Assembly (NCBI GenBank): GCA_965204375.1
Contig: OZ241986.1
Location: 4,512,001-4,576,000 of the forward strand
Length of the DNA stretch: 64,000 bases
Reading direction: 5' to 3'
Origin: Candidatus Latescibacterota bacterium
Lineage (GTDB): Bacteria > Latescibacterota > UBA2968
A program made the translations under genes and the position numbers. Below the pieces are notes generated by a model. It did not search any database and was not told the DNA's origin. It worked only from the letters and a program-made list of their open reading frames with translations. Positions 9,280 to 19,178 of the stretch are shown here, piece by piece (position 1 is the stretch's first letter; each line of letters begins with the position of its first letter).

Positions 9280-10263
9280 ATGAAAATCGAAAAACCACCA
9301 TACACAATCACGCCGGACATTCTCTTTCGCATCGAAGAAATCGGTGAAGCAATTGGCCGCGCGACGGGCATCTCGCAGGACTTGCGCCTGCGACGAATCA
9401 ATCGCATCCTCACGATTCGCGGATCCCTCGCCATTGAAGGCAATATCCTCAGCGAAGAACAAGTCTCCACAATACTCGACGGCAAGCCCGTTATCGCGCC
9501 ACCCAGAGACATACAGGAAGCCCGCAACGCCATCAAAGCCTACGATCAATACCCGCAGTGGAACCCCGCCAGCGAAGCCGACCTGTTGCGCGCTCACGAA
9601 GTCCTGATGATCGGACTATTGGATGCGCCCGGACAATATCGCCACAAAGACATTGGCGTTATGGGCGGCGGCGAAGTCCATCACATTGGCCCGCCTCCCA
9701 ATCGCGTACCGCAACTCATGGCAAACTTGCTGGCATGGCTGGGCAGCACCGATGAACACCCGCTAATTGCCAGTTCGGTCTTCCATTACGAATTCGAATT
9801 CATTCACCCCTTTGAGGATGGCAACGGACGAATGGGAAGGCTCTGGCAGACCCTGATCCTCACCCGCTGGAAACCCCTGTTCGCCCACATCCCCGTAGAA
9901 AGTCTGGTCCATGCCCGACAAAGCGACTACTACAAAGCCATCAGACAGAGTTCGTCAGAAGGCGAAAGCACGCCATTCATTGCGTTCATGCTGGAAATTA
10001 TTCTGGATGCTCTCCGGACAACCGACCAAGTAACCGATCAAGTAACCGATCAAGTAGCGCGGCTACTCGCCGCCTTGCAGACAGGTCCAAAAACCACCGC
10101 TGAACTCATGGTGGAACTGGGCCTGTCGCACCGTCCCACATTCCGCAACAACTACATTCGTCCGGCACTGTCCGCAGGACTTGTGGAAATGACACGTCCC
10201 GAAACGCCCACCGCAAGAAACCAAAAATATCGCCTCACCGCACGCGGTAGGGAGATGCAATGA
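9280..10263 (+). CDS. Fic family protein with C-terminal winged HTH
   Basis: Catalytic HPFEDGNGRMGR, inhibitory-helix SLAIEGN, TDQV linker repeats, C-terminal QKYRLT module. Confidence 0.93.
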   Translation: MKIEKPPYTITPDILFRIEEIGEAIGRATGISQDLRLRRINRILTIRGSLAIEGNILSEEQVSTILDGKPVIAPPRDIQEARNAIKAYDQYPQWNPASEADLLRAHEVLMIGLLDAPGQYRHKDIGVMGGGEVHHIGPPPNRVPQLMANLLAWLGSTDEHPLIASSVFHYEFEFIHPFEDGNGRMGRLWQTLILTRWKPLFAHIPVESLVHARQSDYYKAIRQSSSEGESTPFIAFMLEIILDALRTTDQVTDQVTDQVARLLAALQTGPKTTAELMVELGLSHRPTFRNNYIRPALSAGLVEMTRPETPTARNQKYRLTARGREMQ

Positions 10264-10311
10264 GGGGCAACATGATGAAGTTGTAGAAGCATCTTACGAC
10301 CAAAGGTCAAT

Positions 10312-11829
10312 ATGAACAAAACATCACTCTCCAACATAATCGCCCTTGGCGAAGGTTTTACCACAGAGTTCAAACGCTCCATGTCCTCCAACCTGGGCCG
10401 TGAAATCTGTGCCTTTGCGAACGCGACCGGCGGCGTCATACTGATCGGCGTAACAGACGACGGCGAGATCATTGATGTTGCGAACCACAACAAGCTGAAA
10501 TCGCAGGTTCAGTCCATCGCACGATCAGCGGATCCTCCCATAGCAGTGGAAATGGACTCTGTCAATGGTGTGCTCTGCATCACAATACCAGAGCAACATG
10601 GCAAGCCCTACTCCTTTGGCGGCAAGTATTACATCCGCGAAGGCGCGAGTTCGCAGCAAATGTCACGAGACGAAATCCGCGAGTTCTTCTTCAAGGAAGG
10701 CCTGATACGATTCGACAAAACACCATGCCATAACTTCAAGGTAGATAGAGACCTGACACCGGAAGCATGGGCACGGTTCGCCAAGCGGGCGTATATCCCC
10801 GACGGAATGGACCCAATCGTGGCATTGGAAAACCTGCACCTGCTCGAAGGTGGGATCATGACCCATGCCGGCGCGTGGCTATTAGCAGAAGACATCACGC
10901 GCTACACATTGACAGCAGGCGTGACATGTGCGGTTCTTCGCGGCGTGACCAATACGCATATCATCGACCTCAAGAACTTCACGGGCGATATATGCTCCAT
11001 CTACGATGACTGTATCGCCTACATGCAGGCGAAATTGAACACAGCACTGATTCCCCATGCTCACGGACGCGACGAACGGCTTGAGTTGCCGGAAGACGCA
11101 CTCCGCGAGGCAATGGTCAACGCCATCGCGCATCGAGACTATCGATCCTCCGCTAAAGTGCAGGTACACATATTCTATGATCGGCTGGAAATCGTCACAC
11201 CGGGCGGGTTGCCAGCGGGAATGCGGGAAGAAGATTTGGGAATCAGAAGCGTACCGCGAAATCCACTCCTGTTCGGAATGTTTCACCGCATGGGAATGGT
11301 AGAGCAGATCGGCAGCGGCATCCGGCGCATTCGACAGGAATGCCGTGACTACGGAGTGGAAGAACCTGTGATTGAGGTCTCGGATAACTGGGTAGTCACG
11401 ACATTCAAACGACAGGTTGAACATGGCGGGCAGATACCCCCACATGTCACCGAGCAAGTTCCCTACAGATACCCTACAATTCCGGAACAAGTCACCGCAC
11501 AAGTCAAAACAAATAAGTCTTTCAACGAAAAATCAAATGATAACAATGATTTAAGAATACTAACAAAGAAAACAAAAGACCTGACCGCACAAGTCACCGC
11601 ACAAGTCATCGCACAAGTTGTCCTATATTGTCGAGAACCACGCGCAACGAAAGAAATCATGGGTATTTTGGAGCTGAAACACTGGAAAACTTTCCGTTCC
11701 AACTACCTGCAACCCCTCCTTGACGATGGATGGCTGGAAATGACCGTTCCCGACAAGCCGACCAGCAGCAAACAGAAATACCAATTGACAGTCAAAGGGC
11801 GAAAACTCCTGGCTGAACTGGTAGATTGA
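10312..11829 (+). CDS. AlbA_2 (Schlafen-like) + HATPase_c_4 + HTH protein
   Basis: GEGFTTEFK, ICAFANATGGVILIGV, ALREAMVNAIAHRDY, PRNPLL, EQIGSGI. Confidence 0.88.
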   Translation: MNKTSLSNIIALGEGFTTEFKRSMSSNLGREICAFANATGGVILIGVTDDGEIIDVANHNKLKSQVQSIARSADPPIAVEMDSVNGVLCITIPEQHGKPYSFGGKYYIREGASSQQMSRDEIREFFFKEGLIRFDKTPCHNFKVDRDLTPEAWARFAKRAYIPDGMDPIVALENLHLLEGGIMTHAGAWLLAEDITRYTLTAGVTCAVLRGVTNTHIIDLKNFTGDICSIYDDCIAYMQAKLNTALIPHAHGRDERLELPEDALREAMVNAIAHRDYRSSAKVQVHIFYDRLEIVTPGGLPAGMREEDLGIRSVPRNPLLFGMFHRMGMVEQIGSGIRRIRQECRDYGVEEPVIEVSDNWVVTTFKRQVEHGGQIPPHVTEQVPYRYPTIPEQVTAQVKTNKSFNEKSNDNNDLRILTKKTKDLTAQVTAQVIAQVVLYCREPRATKEIMGILELKHWKTFRSNYLQPLLDDGWLEMTVPDKPTSSKQKYQLTVKGRKLLAELVD

Positions 11830-11855
11830 AGCCTGTATCAACGGAGACACGAAAA

Positions 11856-13895
11856 ATGGATACTCAGCAAGGCATGATATTCGGCGACGCCAGCGAGAGC
11901 CAGATGTCATTTGGAATAGATGACAGAAGTGGCCTTCGTGTGGTCAGCGCGAAATTCAACTCAGAAAAGAAATTCGACTGGGACGTCTTCGATGGATTCG
12001 ACACCCTGCGGGTATTGACCTATTCAGTGAGCGTGGATGCCATCGTTAGAATGCTCGATAAATACGCTTTCACGACCTTCGAATGCGTATTCGGCTATGA
12101 AGGCATTATCCGCGACATGAAAGACATTCTCGCATTTCAGAAGACAGTAGTCGGCAATACCCGCGCCGCAATCATGGGCCTCAAAGACGAACGGCACATA
12201 CAAATTCTCGAAAAAGTACACGCGGGACAAGCCCACTTCAGAGTCCTGAGAAAGTCCATAGCTCACGCAAAGCTCTACCTGCTGTCTAATTCGGATGGAC
12301 AGAAACGAGTAATAATCGGATCTGCCAACCTCTCGGAACGGGCATTTTCCGGCGACCAACCAGAGACACTGGTCATGTTCGACAATGATGAGAACGCCTA
12401 TGAACACTACAATAATATGTTTAACACCATCCGGGATTCCGCATCAGATGAAATCGAGCTACCCGATGAAAAAATAACGCGAGCGGAAATAGAGATCCAG
12501 GAAACCCCATCTATGAACAACGGACCGACCACACTCATAATTGAGCCACCTGCACCGGATGAAGTCGAAACCTCCTTTCCGGCTCAAGTAGAGCGCGTAG
12601 AGAAGGTACTTGCCTCTCTTGGTCCCGCGCTATCGTCGGTCATGCCTCCCATACGCAATGGCAAGCAACGCATCACCCAGAACATCAAACGACAGATCAA
12701 TCGCGTGGTCCTCGTCAAGTCCGCCGAAGAAGTCGATACGCGCAACTTCCATATCGACAGAACCACGCGCCAGGCCACCCTATCGGGCGAGACATTCCCG
12801 CTGGAATGGGATGATGATTCGGTAAAAACAGATGCGCGTCTGCTCCTGGAATACTTCGAAAACTACGCCGCCTTTGAGGGAGATGTAAAACGGCTGCAAC
12901 GGGATTACTTCACCTTGATGGCGTGGTTGTATTTCTCCCCCTTCATGTGCGACATGCGATCACTTGCCCTGGTGCGGGACAGCGATGTGGTCCGCTTTCC
13001 TTCCTTTGGCATCGTCTTTGGGAAATCCAACTGCGGCAAAACCAGCCTAATTGACACGCTTATGACATCCATGTTCAGTTGTACCAACACAGTGGAAAAA
13101 CGGAGTTTCACAACATCTCGGCTTCGCGGATTGCAGGCGTCTTACAAACGCTTTCCCGTTGTGTTTGATGATATAGGGCAACGCGCCTTCAACCAGTATG
13201 GCAAGGATATGATCAAAGAAGAATTACAACCCCCTGTTTCTGAATATCCGTGCTTCATACTCGCAATGAATGCCGAACCCCAATCATTTCCCGACGAAAT
13301 CGTCAAGCGCAGCCTGATGATATACACCACAACTGCATTACCCTCTCACGAAGAGGAAACCCGGCAGCGTTTGCAAGGCGATGTACAGAAGATACGTAAC
13401 AGCCTGACGGGACATCTCTATAAACGATACCTCGCTGAAATTATGGATCGCATTGACCCCGGACACCTTCCGGATGACTGGCTGGCGATTTCATCTCAAG
13501 TTATAAGCGACATTATATCAGAGGGAACAGACAAAACACCGCCCGAATGGTGCCGCCAGGTAACCTGGCAAAACTATGCGGAAAAGCGATACGACAGAGT
13601 CAAAGCAGCCCTCGAAAGTCTATTGCGTCCGGCGTCCTATGTAAAAAAAGAAGGCGATGCATCCAAAGGATGGACGATTGACGGAGAGAAAATCATCGTC
13701 TGGGAACCACGCGATGCCTTTGGTAGGCGTGCATTCAACTGGGAAGATATTCCCTCTACACTAATTGACCAGGACGCCAGCCACGGCGACACAACGATCT
13801 TGCATAAGACCAGCTTGCAGAAATTTATAGGCCACAGACTTTACCCACCTGGCAAACTGAACACAATAAAGAGGCTGTTCAATTACCGTCCCTGA
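11856..13895 (+). CDS. PLD-family (NgoFVII-like) nuclease domain fused to P-loop NTPase
   Basis: HAKLYLL...IIGSANLS PLD motifs; Walker A GKSNCGKT; Walker B VVFDD. Confidence 0.75.
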   Translation: MDTQQGMIFGDASESQMSFGIDDRSGLRVVSAKFNSEKKFDWDVFDGFDTLRVLTYSVSVDAIVRMLDKYAFTTFECVFGYEGIIRDMKDILAFQKTVVGNTRAAIMGLKDERHIQILEKVHAGQAHFRVLRKSIAHAKLYLLSNSDGQKRVIIGSANLSERAFSGDQPETLVMFDNDENAYEHYNNMFNTIRDSASDEIELPDEKITRAEIEIQETPSMNNGPTTLIIEPPAPDEVETSFPAQVERVEKVLASLGPALSSVMPPIRNGKQRITQNIKRQINRVVLVKSAEEVDTRNFHIDRTTRQATLSGETFPLEWDDDSVKTDARLLLEYFENYAAFEGDVKRLQRDYFTLMAWLYFSPFMCDMRSLALVRDSDVVRFPSFGIVFGKSNCGKTSLIDTLMTSMFSCTNTVEKRSFTTSRLRGLQASYKRFPVVFDDIGQRAFNQYGKDMIKEELQPPVSEYPCFILAMNAEPQSFPDEIVKRSLMIYTTTALPSHEEETRQRLQGDVQKIRNSLTGHLYKRYLAEIMDRIDPGHLPDDWLAISSQVISDIISEGTDKTPPEWCRQVTWQNYAEKRYDRVKAALESLLRPASYVKKEGDASKGWTIDGEKIIVWEPRDAFGRRAFNWEDIPSTLIDQDASHGDTTILHKTSLQKFIGHRLYPPGKLNTIKRLFNYRP

Positions 13896-13942
13896 CATCA
13901 TAGTGTGCGTTGCAAACTTAAAAACAAAAAAGGAAAAGAACC

Positions 13943-16015
13943 TTGCCACAACTCGAACACATTGAAGTCATTGAAAAACGCCTCTGGGGAGCAGCCGATA
14001 ACCTGCGCGCCAACTCCACTTATGCCAGCAACGAATACTTTCTCCCGGTCATGGGCCTGGTATTCCTGCGCTATGCGTACAGCCGCTACCTATCTGTAAA
14101 AGACGCCATTGAAGCCAATCTGCCCACCCGCGGCGGTAAGAAACGAGCACTCACCAAAGAAGACTTCTCGCAGAAAAACGCCATCTACCTCCGGCCCAAC
14201 GCGCAATTTGACCACCTCGTCGCCTTGCCCGACAGCGAGGATCGCGCCAAAGCCGTCATCACAGCAATGGAATCCATTGAAGCCGACTACGAAAGCCTCC
14301 GGGGGGCACTGCCCAAAAGCGAATACCAGGAACTGGACAACGACGTTCTCGGCCAACTCCTCCGCACGCTCAACCCCGACGAACTAAAACAGGTCTCTGG
14401 CGATGTCTTCGGGCGCATCTACGAATACTTTCTCACCCAGTTCGCCGACGAAAAGGCTCACGACGACGGCGAATTCTTCACCCCCGTCTCACTCGTCTCC
14501 CTAATCGCCCATGTACTCGAACCCGACTGCGGCACAGTACTCGACCCGGCCTGCGGGTCTGGCGGCATGTTCGTGCAAAGTGCGCGTACCGTCGAGGAAC
14601 AAGGGCAACATCCCACCGAACAACTCACCTTCCGCGGCATAGAAAAAAACGCCACCACCATCCGCCTTGCCAGAATGAACCTCGCAGTGCATGGCCTTGA
14701 AGGCGACATCCGCCAGGCCATCACCTACTATGAGGACCCACACGAATTACTCGACAAAGCCGACTACGTAATGGCCAATCCGCCCTTCAATGTCGATGAG
14801 ATCGACGCCGACAAAGTCAAAACCGACCCACGCCTACCCTTCGGCCTGCCCGGCGTCAATCAAAACAACAAAGTCAGCAACGGCAACTACGTCTGGATCA
14901 GCTACTTCTATGGCTACCTGAACGAAACGGGCCGCGCAGGCTTTGTCATGTCCTCCCAAGCATCCAGTGCTGGCGGCAGCGAAGCCGAAGTGCGCCGAAA
15001 ACTGGTAGAAACCGACGATGTAGAAGCCATGATCGCCATTCGCTCCAACTTTTTCTACACCCGCACCGTCCCCTGCGAATTGTGGTTTCTCAACCGCGCC
15101 AGACCCGAAGCCCACCGCGACAAAGTACTGATGATCGACGCCCGCAACATCTATCGCCAGGTCACGCGCAAAATATACGACTTCAGCCCCGAACACGAAA
15201 AAAACATCCTCGCCATTGTCCATCTCTATCGCGGCGAAACCGAGCGATTCCGAGACCTGGTATTCAACTACCTGCAGAGCATTCTGGAAGAGAGCCATGC
15301 GTGCTTCAAGATCAACGATGGTGAAACCATCCACCCCCTACCCGACTTCGTCAACGCACTCATCCAATTGCACGACCTGATCGCGCTATCCCTGAAAACC
15401 CTGCCGAAAAACGGACAGCATACCGAAATCCTCACCGAGTACGACAAAGCGCGAACAGCGTTCCCCGAGGCCATTGAACAATTCCGCACCGCCATCACAG
15501 AAACCGCACCCAATACCAGCACCGACCTGAACAACCAGGTGGCAGAATTCGCCCCCCTGGTCGAAATTAGTCGCAACCTATCCGAACGCACTGACAGCCT
15601 CTACAAACTCGCCATCCGCGTAACCGATATCTGCGAAAAGGCAGGCACAACCAATAACAGAAGCGAAATCACCCGCGCCCGCAGAACAGCAGACGAGACG
15701 CGGCAGACCACAGTCGAACAACTCAAACAGGTAAACTACTTCTACCAGCAAGCGCAATGGCTCATTAGACGTTTCCCCGAAGCGAAACTATGCGACGTAG
15801 AAGGCCTGGTCAAACTGGTAGATCGCGCCGAAATCGAAGCCAACGACTGGAGCCTCACCCCTGGCCGCTACGTCGGCGTTGCACCCGAAGAAGAAGACGA
15901 AAATTTCGACTTTGCAGAGACCCTGCGCGAAATCCACGACGAAATAGAAGAACTCAACATCGAGGCCGTATCATTGGCAGCCACGATCAAGCGGAACTTT
16001 GAAACACTACTTTGA
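13943..16015 (+). CDS. hsdM: Type I R-M N6-adenine methyltransferase subunit
   Basis: LWGAADNLRAN, GEFFTP, DPACGSGG, ANPPFN, SLTPGRYVG; TTG start. Confidence 0.95.
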   Translation: MPQLEHIEVIEKRLWGAADNLRANSTYASNEYFLPVMGLVFLRYAYSRYLSVKDAIEANLPTRGGKKRALTKEDFSQKNAIYLRPNAQFDHLVALPDSEDRAKAVITAMESIEADYESLRGALPKSEYQELDNDVLGQLLRTLNPDELKQVSGDVFGRIYEYFLTQFADEKAHDDGEFFTPVSLVSLIAHVLEPDCGTVLDPACGSGGMFVQSARTVEEQGQHPTEQLTFRGIEKNATTIRLARMNLAVHGLEGDIRQAITYYEDPHELLDKADYVMANPPFNVDEIDADKVKTDPRLPFGLPGVNQNNKVSNGNYVWISYFYGYLNETGRAGFVMSSQASSAGGSEAEVRRKLVETDDVEAMIAIRSNFFYTRTVPCELWFLNRARPEAHRDKVLMIDARNIYRQVTRKIYDFSPEHEKNILAIVHLYRGETERFRDLVFNYLQSILEESHACFKINDGETIHPLPDFVNALIQLHDLIALSLKTLPKNGQHTEILTEYDKARTAFPEAIEQFRTAITETAPNTSTDLNNQVAEFAPLVEISRNLSERTDSLYKLAIRVTDICEKAGTTNNRSEITRARRTADETRQTTVEQLKQVNYFYQQAQWLIRRFPEAKLCDVEGLVKLVDRAEIEANDWSLTPGRYVGVAPEEEDENFDFAETLREIHDEIEELNIEAVSLAATIKRNFETLL

Positions 16016-16049
16016 AGTGGGAAGTGGGAAGTAGGAAGTGTGAAATGTG
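16013..16049 (+). repeat. Heptamer array beginning in the hsdM stop codon
   Basis: tgaagtg ggaagtg ggaagta ggaagtg tgaaatg. Confidence 0.8.
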
Positions 16050-16290
16050 CTGCCGCCTGGGATGACCGCCAAATTGTGCAAGAGATACTTGCACAAATCC
16101 CCTGAAATCATTGCTTGATGCGCCATCCCGACGATGCTTTGATGGGTGAAGCGATGTATGAAGGCGAGTAATTCGAGCATGACTGGTTGCCTGCCAAGCC
16201 AACTGTGCAGCAACTCGCTGCACAATTTCCATTGGTCGAATCGCTGTTGACCGTTGAAAAGACAGAGCAGGAGCTAAAGGGCACTGGGGA
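16049..16290 (+). pseudogene. Collapsed remnant of DUF1016/YhcG-like nuclease gene
   Basis: Fragments translate as AAWDDRQIVQEILAQIP, TVQQLAAQFP and SLLTVEKTEQEL, resembling N- and C-terminal YhcG motifs. Confidence 0.55.
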
Positions 16291-16295
16291 GATGC

Positions 16296-16829
16296 ATGAA
16301 CGCCAAGAAAATCATTATTATCGCGGGGCCAAACGGAGCTGGCAAAACGACTTTTGCACAGGAGTATTTGCCCAACGAAGCGGATTGCCCTATTTTCGTT
16401 AATGCCGACCTGATAGCAGCGGGACTATCTCCCTTTCGTCCTGCTGACGCGGCCATCCGCGCCGGGCGGCTGATGCTGGAGGAAATTGACAACCACGCCC
16501 GCGCAGGCAGAACTTTCGCCATTGAAACGACGCTATCTGGACGGGGTTATGTGAGAAGGATCCGTCAATGGCGCGCTGATGGTTACACCGTAAAGCTCAT
16601 ATTTCTGTCTCTTGCAACGCCCGAAGAAGCAATCACGCGCGTAAAATCGCGCGTAAACCAGGGCGGGCATGATGTCCCAGAAGCCGTTATACGTCGTCGT
16701 TTTCACGCGGGCTTGCGGAACTTTCAGGACATTTACCGACATTGCGTTGACGATTGGTTTTTGTATAATAACAGTGGCACAATACCCATCCTTCTGGAGA
16801 AGAAAAACGATGATGAAACAACCGTCTGA
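16296..16829 (+). CDS. Zeta-toxin-like P-loop ATPase (COG4185-like)
   Basis: IIAGPNGAGKTT, FVNADLIA, FAIETTLSG, RVNQGGHDVP. Confidence 0.88.
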   Translation: MNAKKIIIIAGPNGAGKTTFAQEYLPNEADCPIFVNADLIAAGLSPFRPADAAIRAGRLMLEEIDNHARAGRTFAIETTLSGRGYVRRIRQWRADGYTVKLIFLSLATPEEAITRVKSRVNQGGHDVPEAVIRRRFHAGLRNFQDIYRHCVDDWFLYNNSGTIPILLEKKNDDETTV

Positions 16830-17001
16830 AAAAGAGCTAACAAAGCCCGACAATGATGAAGAAGGCATGACTGCCGCGCTTATACGAGCCGCCAAACGCG
16901 CGCACCAAATCGCGCATCAGACCGGCACCAAAGTTGTGGTCATGCGTGATGGCAAAGTCGTGGAAATTGATCCAGATCCAAAGATGTACAACGACATTTG
17001 A
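16810..17001 (+). CDS. Small partner protein of zeta-like ATPase (putative antitoxin)
   Basis: 63 aa, overlaps ATPase 3' end; AALIRAAKRAHQIAHQTGTKVVVMRDGKVVEI pattern. Confidence 0.65.
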   Translation: MMKQPSEKELTKPDNDEEGMTAALIRAAKRAHQIAHQTGTKVVVMRDGKVVEIDPDPKMYNDI

Positions 17002-17006
17002 GATTG

Positions 17007-17110
17007 AAGGGCGAGTATGTAAAAGACAATGCCCACTTCAATTCTATCGAATCGTTGTGGGCACTGGTCAAGCGCGTATATGTCGGGATACACCACCACT
17101 GGAGGCGGTC
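17007..17110 (+). mobile_element. IS1595-family transposase fragment
   Basis: Translates GEYVKDNAHFNSIESLWALVKRVYVGIHHHW, matching the IS1595 GEYV..HTN.IE.FW..LKR...G.YH motif. Confidence 0.7.
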
Positions 17111-17120
17111 CCTTGTTTTT

Positions 17121-17459
17121 TTACGTGCCGTTCAAAGTGCCTAAATAGGTCACTATACTGACTATTACACCAATACCGATAAGAATTATCGTTACAAGTT
17201 TAGTCACGAAGTCTCGCCTGTCTCTGGTGTCATCTTTTATTTCATTTTTATACTCTCTAATGGCTTCTTCTTTTGTTTGAATATCTCTGACTGTTTTTTC
17301 TACCTCATCAATTTTATCGCGTATTTTGTCAACTTTATCTTCAAGTCGGCGCAGCCCCTCCATAATCCAATTCAAAGGCCCCAATTTGTCGCCATCATCT
17401 TTGGGCAAGGCATTTGATTCGTTGGGTATTGTGGAATCATTTTCATGATCAGGCATCAT
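17121..17459 (-). CDS. Small coiled-coil protein with C-terminal TM helix
   Basis: Heptad run LEDKVDKIRDKIDEVEK, hydrophobic C-terminus; overlaps upstream ORF; AT-rich. Confidence 0.65.
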   Translation of the reverse strand: MMPDHENDSTIPNESNALPKDDGDKLGPLNWIMEGLRRLEDKVDKIRDKIDEVEKTVRDIQTKEEAIREYKNEIKDDTRDRRDFVTKLVTIILIGIGVIVSIVTYLGTLNGT

Positions 17460-17751
17460 AAACCTCTAACCATTCCCAAAGGCTTTTCTTGGCATAACCA
17501 AAATGGCTACTAACGCGCATAACCACACCAGAGCCTATCTTGGAGTCCTCTTTGCCATATCCGAGTTTATTGCTTAATTCTCGCGCTGTCCCCTCATAGG
17601 TTAAAAAATAGATGTCCGGGGCATGTTCGTCATACACATGAACAGGGGGAAGCAGAGCCGCACTGTCTCGGTTTAATAATTTTTGCACCTCTTCCTTTAA
17701 TGCCAAAGATTCATCTTCGGTAAGGTGCACGGGCACAATAGCATAAAGCAT
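17449..17751 (-). CDS. Hypothetical protein
   Basis: 100 aa, AAGGA RBS, overlaps the 17121-17459 gene. Confidence 0.6.
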   Translation of the reverse strand: MLYAIVPVHLTEDESLALKEEVQKLLNRDSAALLPPVHVYDEHAPDIYFLTYEGTARELSNKLGYGKEDSKIGSGVVMRVSSHFGYAKKSLWEWLEVYDA

Positions 17752-17976
17752 TTTAATATTCCTTTGATTACTTGACTTTATGGCAGTAACTTTTTTGAAA
17801 ATATACGTACGTGAACAGACAAGGACAACCCAAAAGGACCATGTCCACGTACCTTTTTTGTGCTATTTTCTCCTCGTACAGAGCCAGACGTACCCGTTCA
17901 TCTGTACTACTTTCCTCAGATTCATCGTACATCGGTAAATGAATACCAGAGCATATTATACCCTAAGCAAAACCAA

Positions 17977-18195
17977 AGCAAATATCAGGCCAATATCACA
18001 GCATCGCGTGACAAATTGCATGGATAGCGATCAAATACCTTTATTATGCCTTCAATATGCTGTATTGCCCCCTTTTTTTCAACTCGAATTTACGGATCGC
18101 CTGTTTGGCGCAGAACAATCTCTGTATATTTTGAGCGATACAGGGGCGATAATGTGAAAGATATGTACCACTTGCCTATATGTCCGCTACGGTGT
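17977..18195 (+). repeat. ~220-bp diverged dispersed repeat, copy A (copy B 45736-45974)
   Basis: Shared blocks agcaaatatcaggccaat, cagcatcgcgtgacaaattg, atatgctgtattgc, tgtatattttgagcgat, gtgaaagatatgtacc. Confidence 0.85.
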
Positions 18196-18291
18196 AAAAC
18201 GCTCAAATGAGATAGAGTATTTCTGCCCATATATGCAAAGGTGGCACGATTTCGCATGATTCGCTACATTTATTGCATAGGGAGATCGAAA

Positions 18292-18564
18292 ATGAATGAA
18301 AGAAATAGAAATATCGGTCAAGAGATTCTATCTGGCCTACAGGAAATCAAGCGCGGCGAACACGGTCGTATCATTACAGTACCTGATATTGCCCAAACGA
18401 GAGCGAAAGTGGGTCTTTCTCAAACTCAGTTTGCCCAATTGATGGGTGTATCTGTTCGAACGCTGCAAGATTGGGAGCAGGGTCGCCGTCGTCCATCGGG
18501 TGCTGCCCGGACACTATTGATAATCGCAGACAAAAACCCGCAAGCGATATTAGATGTGATGTGA
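18292..18564 (+). CDS. XRE/HTH antitoxin-like regulator (orphan)
   Basis: RAKVGLSQTQFAQLMGVSVRTLQDWEQGRRRPSGAARTLL. Confidence 0.85.
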   Translation: MNERNRNIGQEILSGLQEIKRGEHGRIITVPDIAQTRAKVGLSQTQFAQLMGVSVRTLQDWEQGRRRPSGAARTLLIIADKNPQAILDVM

Positions 18565-18683
18565 GAACCTGTAATCCCTTTGCTGAGTATCTCCGGGAAT
18601 ATTGGGGGACTGTTGAAATTGAGCACCTATGGTAGAAGTGTGAAGCGGTGTATATTGTTGCCTCGTGGAAAAAAGGAGGATAT

Positions 18684-19178
18684 ATGAAAACTCAACAATT
18701 GAAAGTCTGGAGGTGGACATCAACGGGATTTCGAAGAACAGATGGTGCTTCGGTTATCGCAGAAGGGCAGACCACGACTTATGCGACATCGGCGGGGTGG
18801 CGTTTTCAAAACCGATCTGAAATGATTGCAGCAATAAAAGAAGGATTGCCAGTAGCGACATTTGACGCATTAAAAAATGCTATGGGCATTTCTGAACAAG
18901 CTCTGGCCTCTGTGACTAAAATTGCGATACATACACTGACACGTCGAAAAAAAGAAGGACGGTTGCATATTGATGAATCGGAACGACTGCTGCGTATTGG
19001 TCTGCTGTATGATCGGGCTGTAGAGGTCCTGGGAGGACAGGAAGTTGCTCGTCAATGGTTTGCAACGCCATTAACTGCCCTTGGGCGCGTTTCTCCACTG
19101 GATTATGCAGATACCGAACCAGGTGCTCGAGAAGTTGAAGACCTTCTGGGACGCATTGAGTACGGGGTATTTTCATGA
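18684..19178 (+). CDS. Xre/MbcA/ParS-type antitoxin (DUF2384)
   Basis: TLTRRKKEGRL, ESERLLR, WFATPLTALG, GAREVEDLLGRIEYGVFS; AAGGAGG RBS. Confidence 0.88.
   Translation: MKTQQLKVWRWTSTGFRRTDGASVIAEGQTTTYATSAGWRFQNRSEMIAAIKEGLPVATFDALKNAMGISEQALASVTKIAIHTLTRRKKEGRLHIDESERLLRIGLLYDRAVEVLGGQEVARQWFATPLTALGRVSPLDYADTEPGAREVEDLLGRIEYGVFS

Noticed and set aside
17768-17932. 54-aa minus-strand ORF MYDESEESSTDERV...
   Set aside because: No motif or clear RBS; cannot be supported
17939-18157. ORFs across the 220-bp repeat (also 45595-45925)
   Set aside because: Starts, stops and indels differ between copies; reported as a repeat instead
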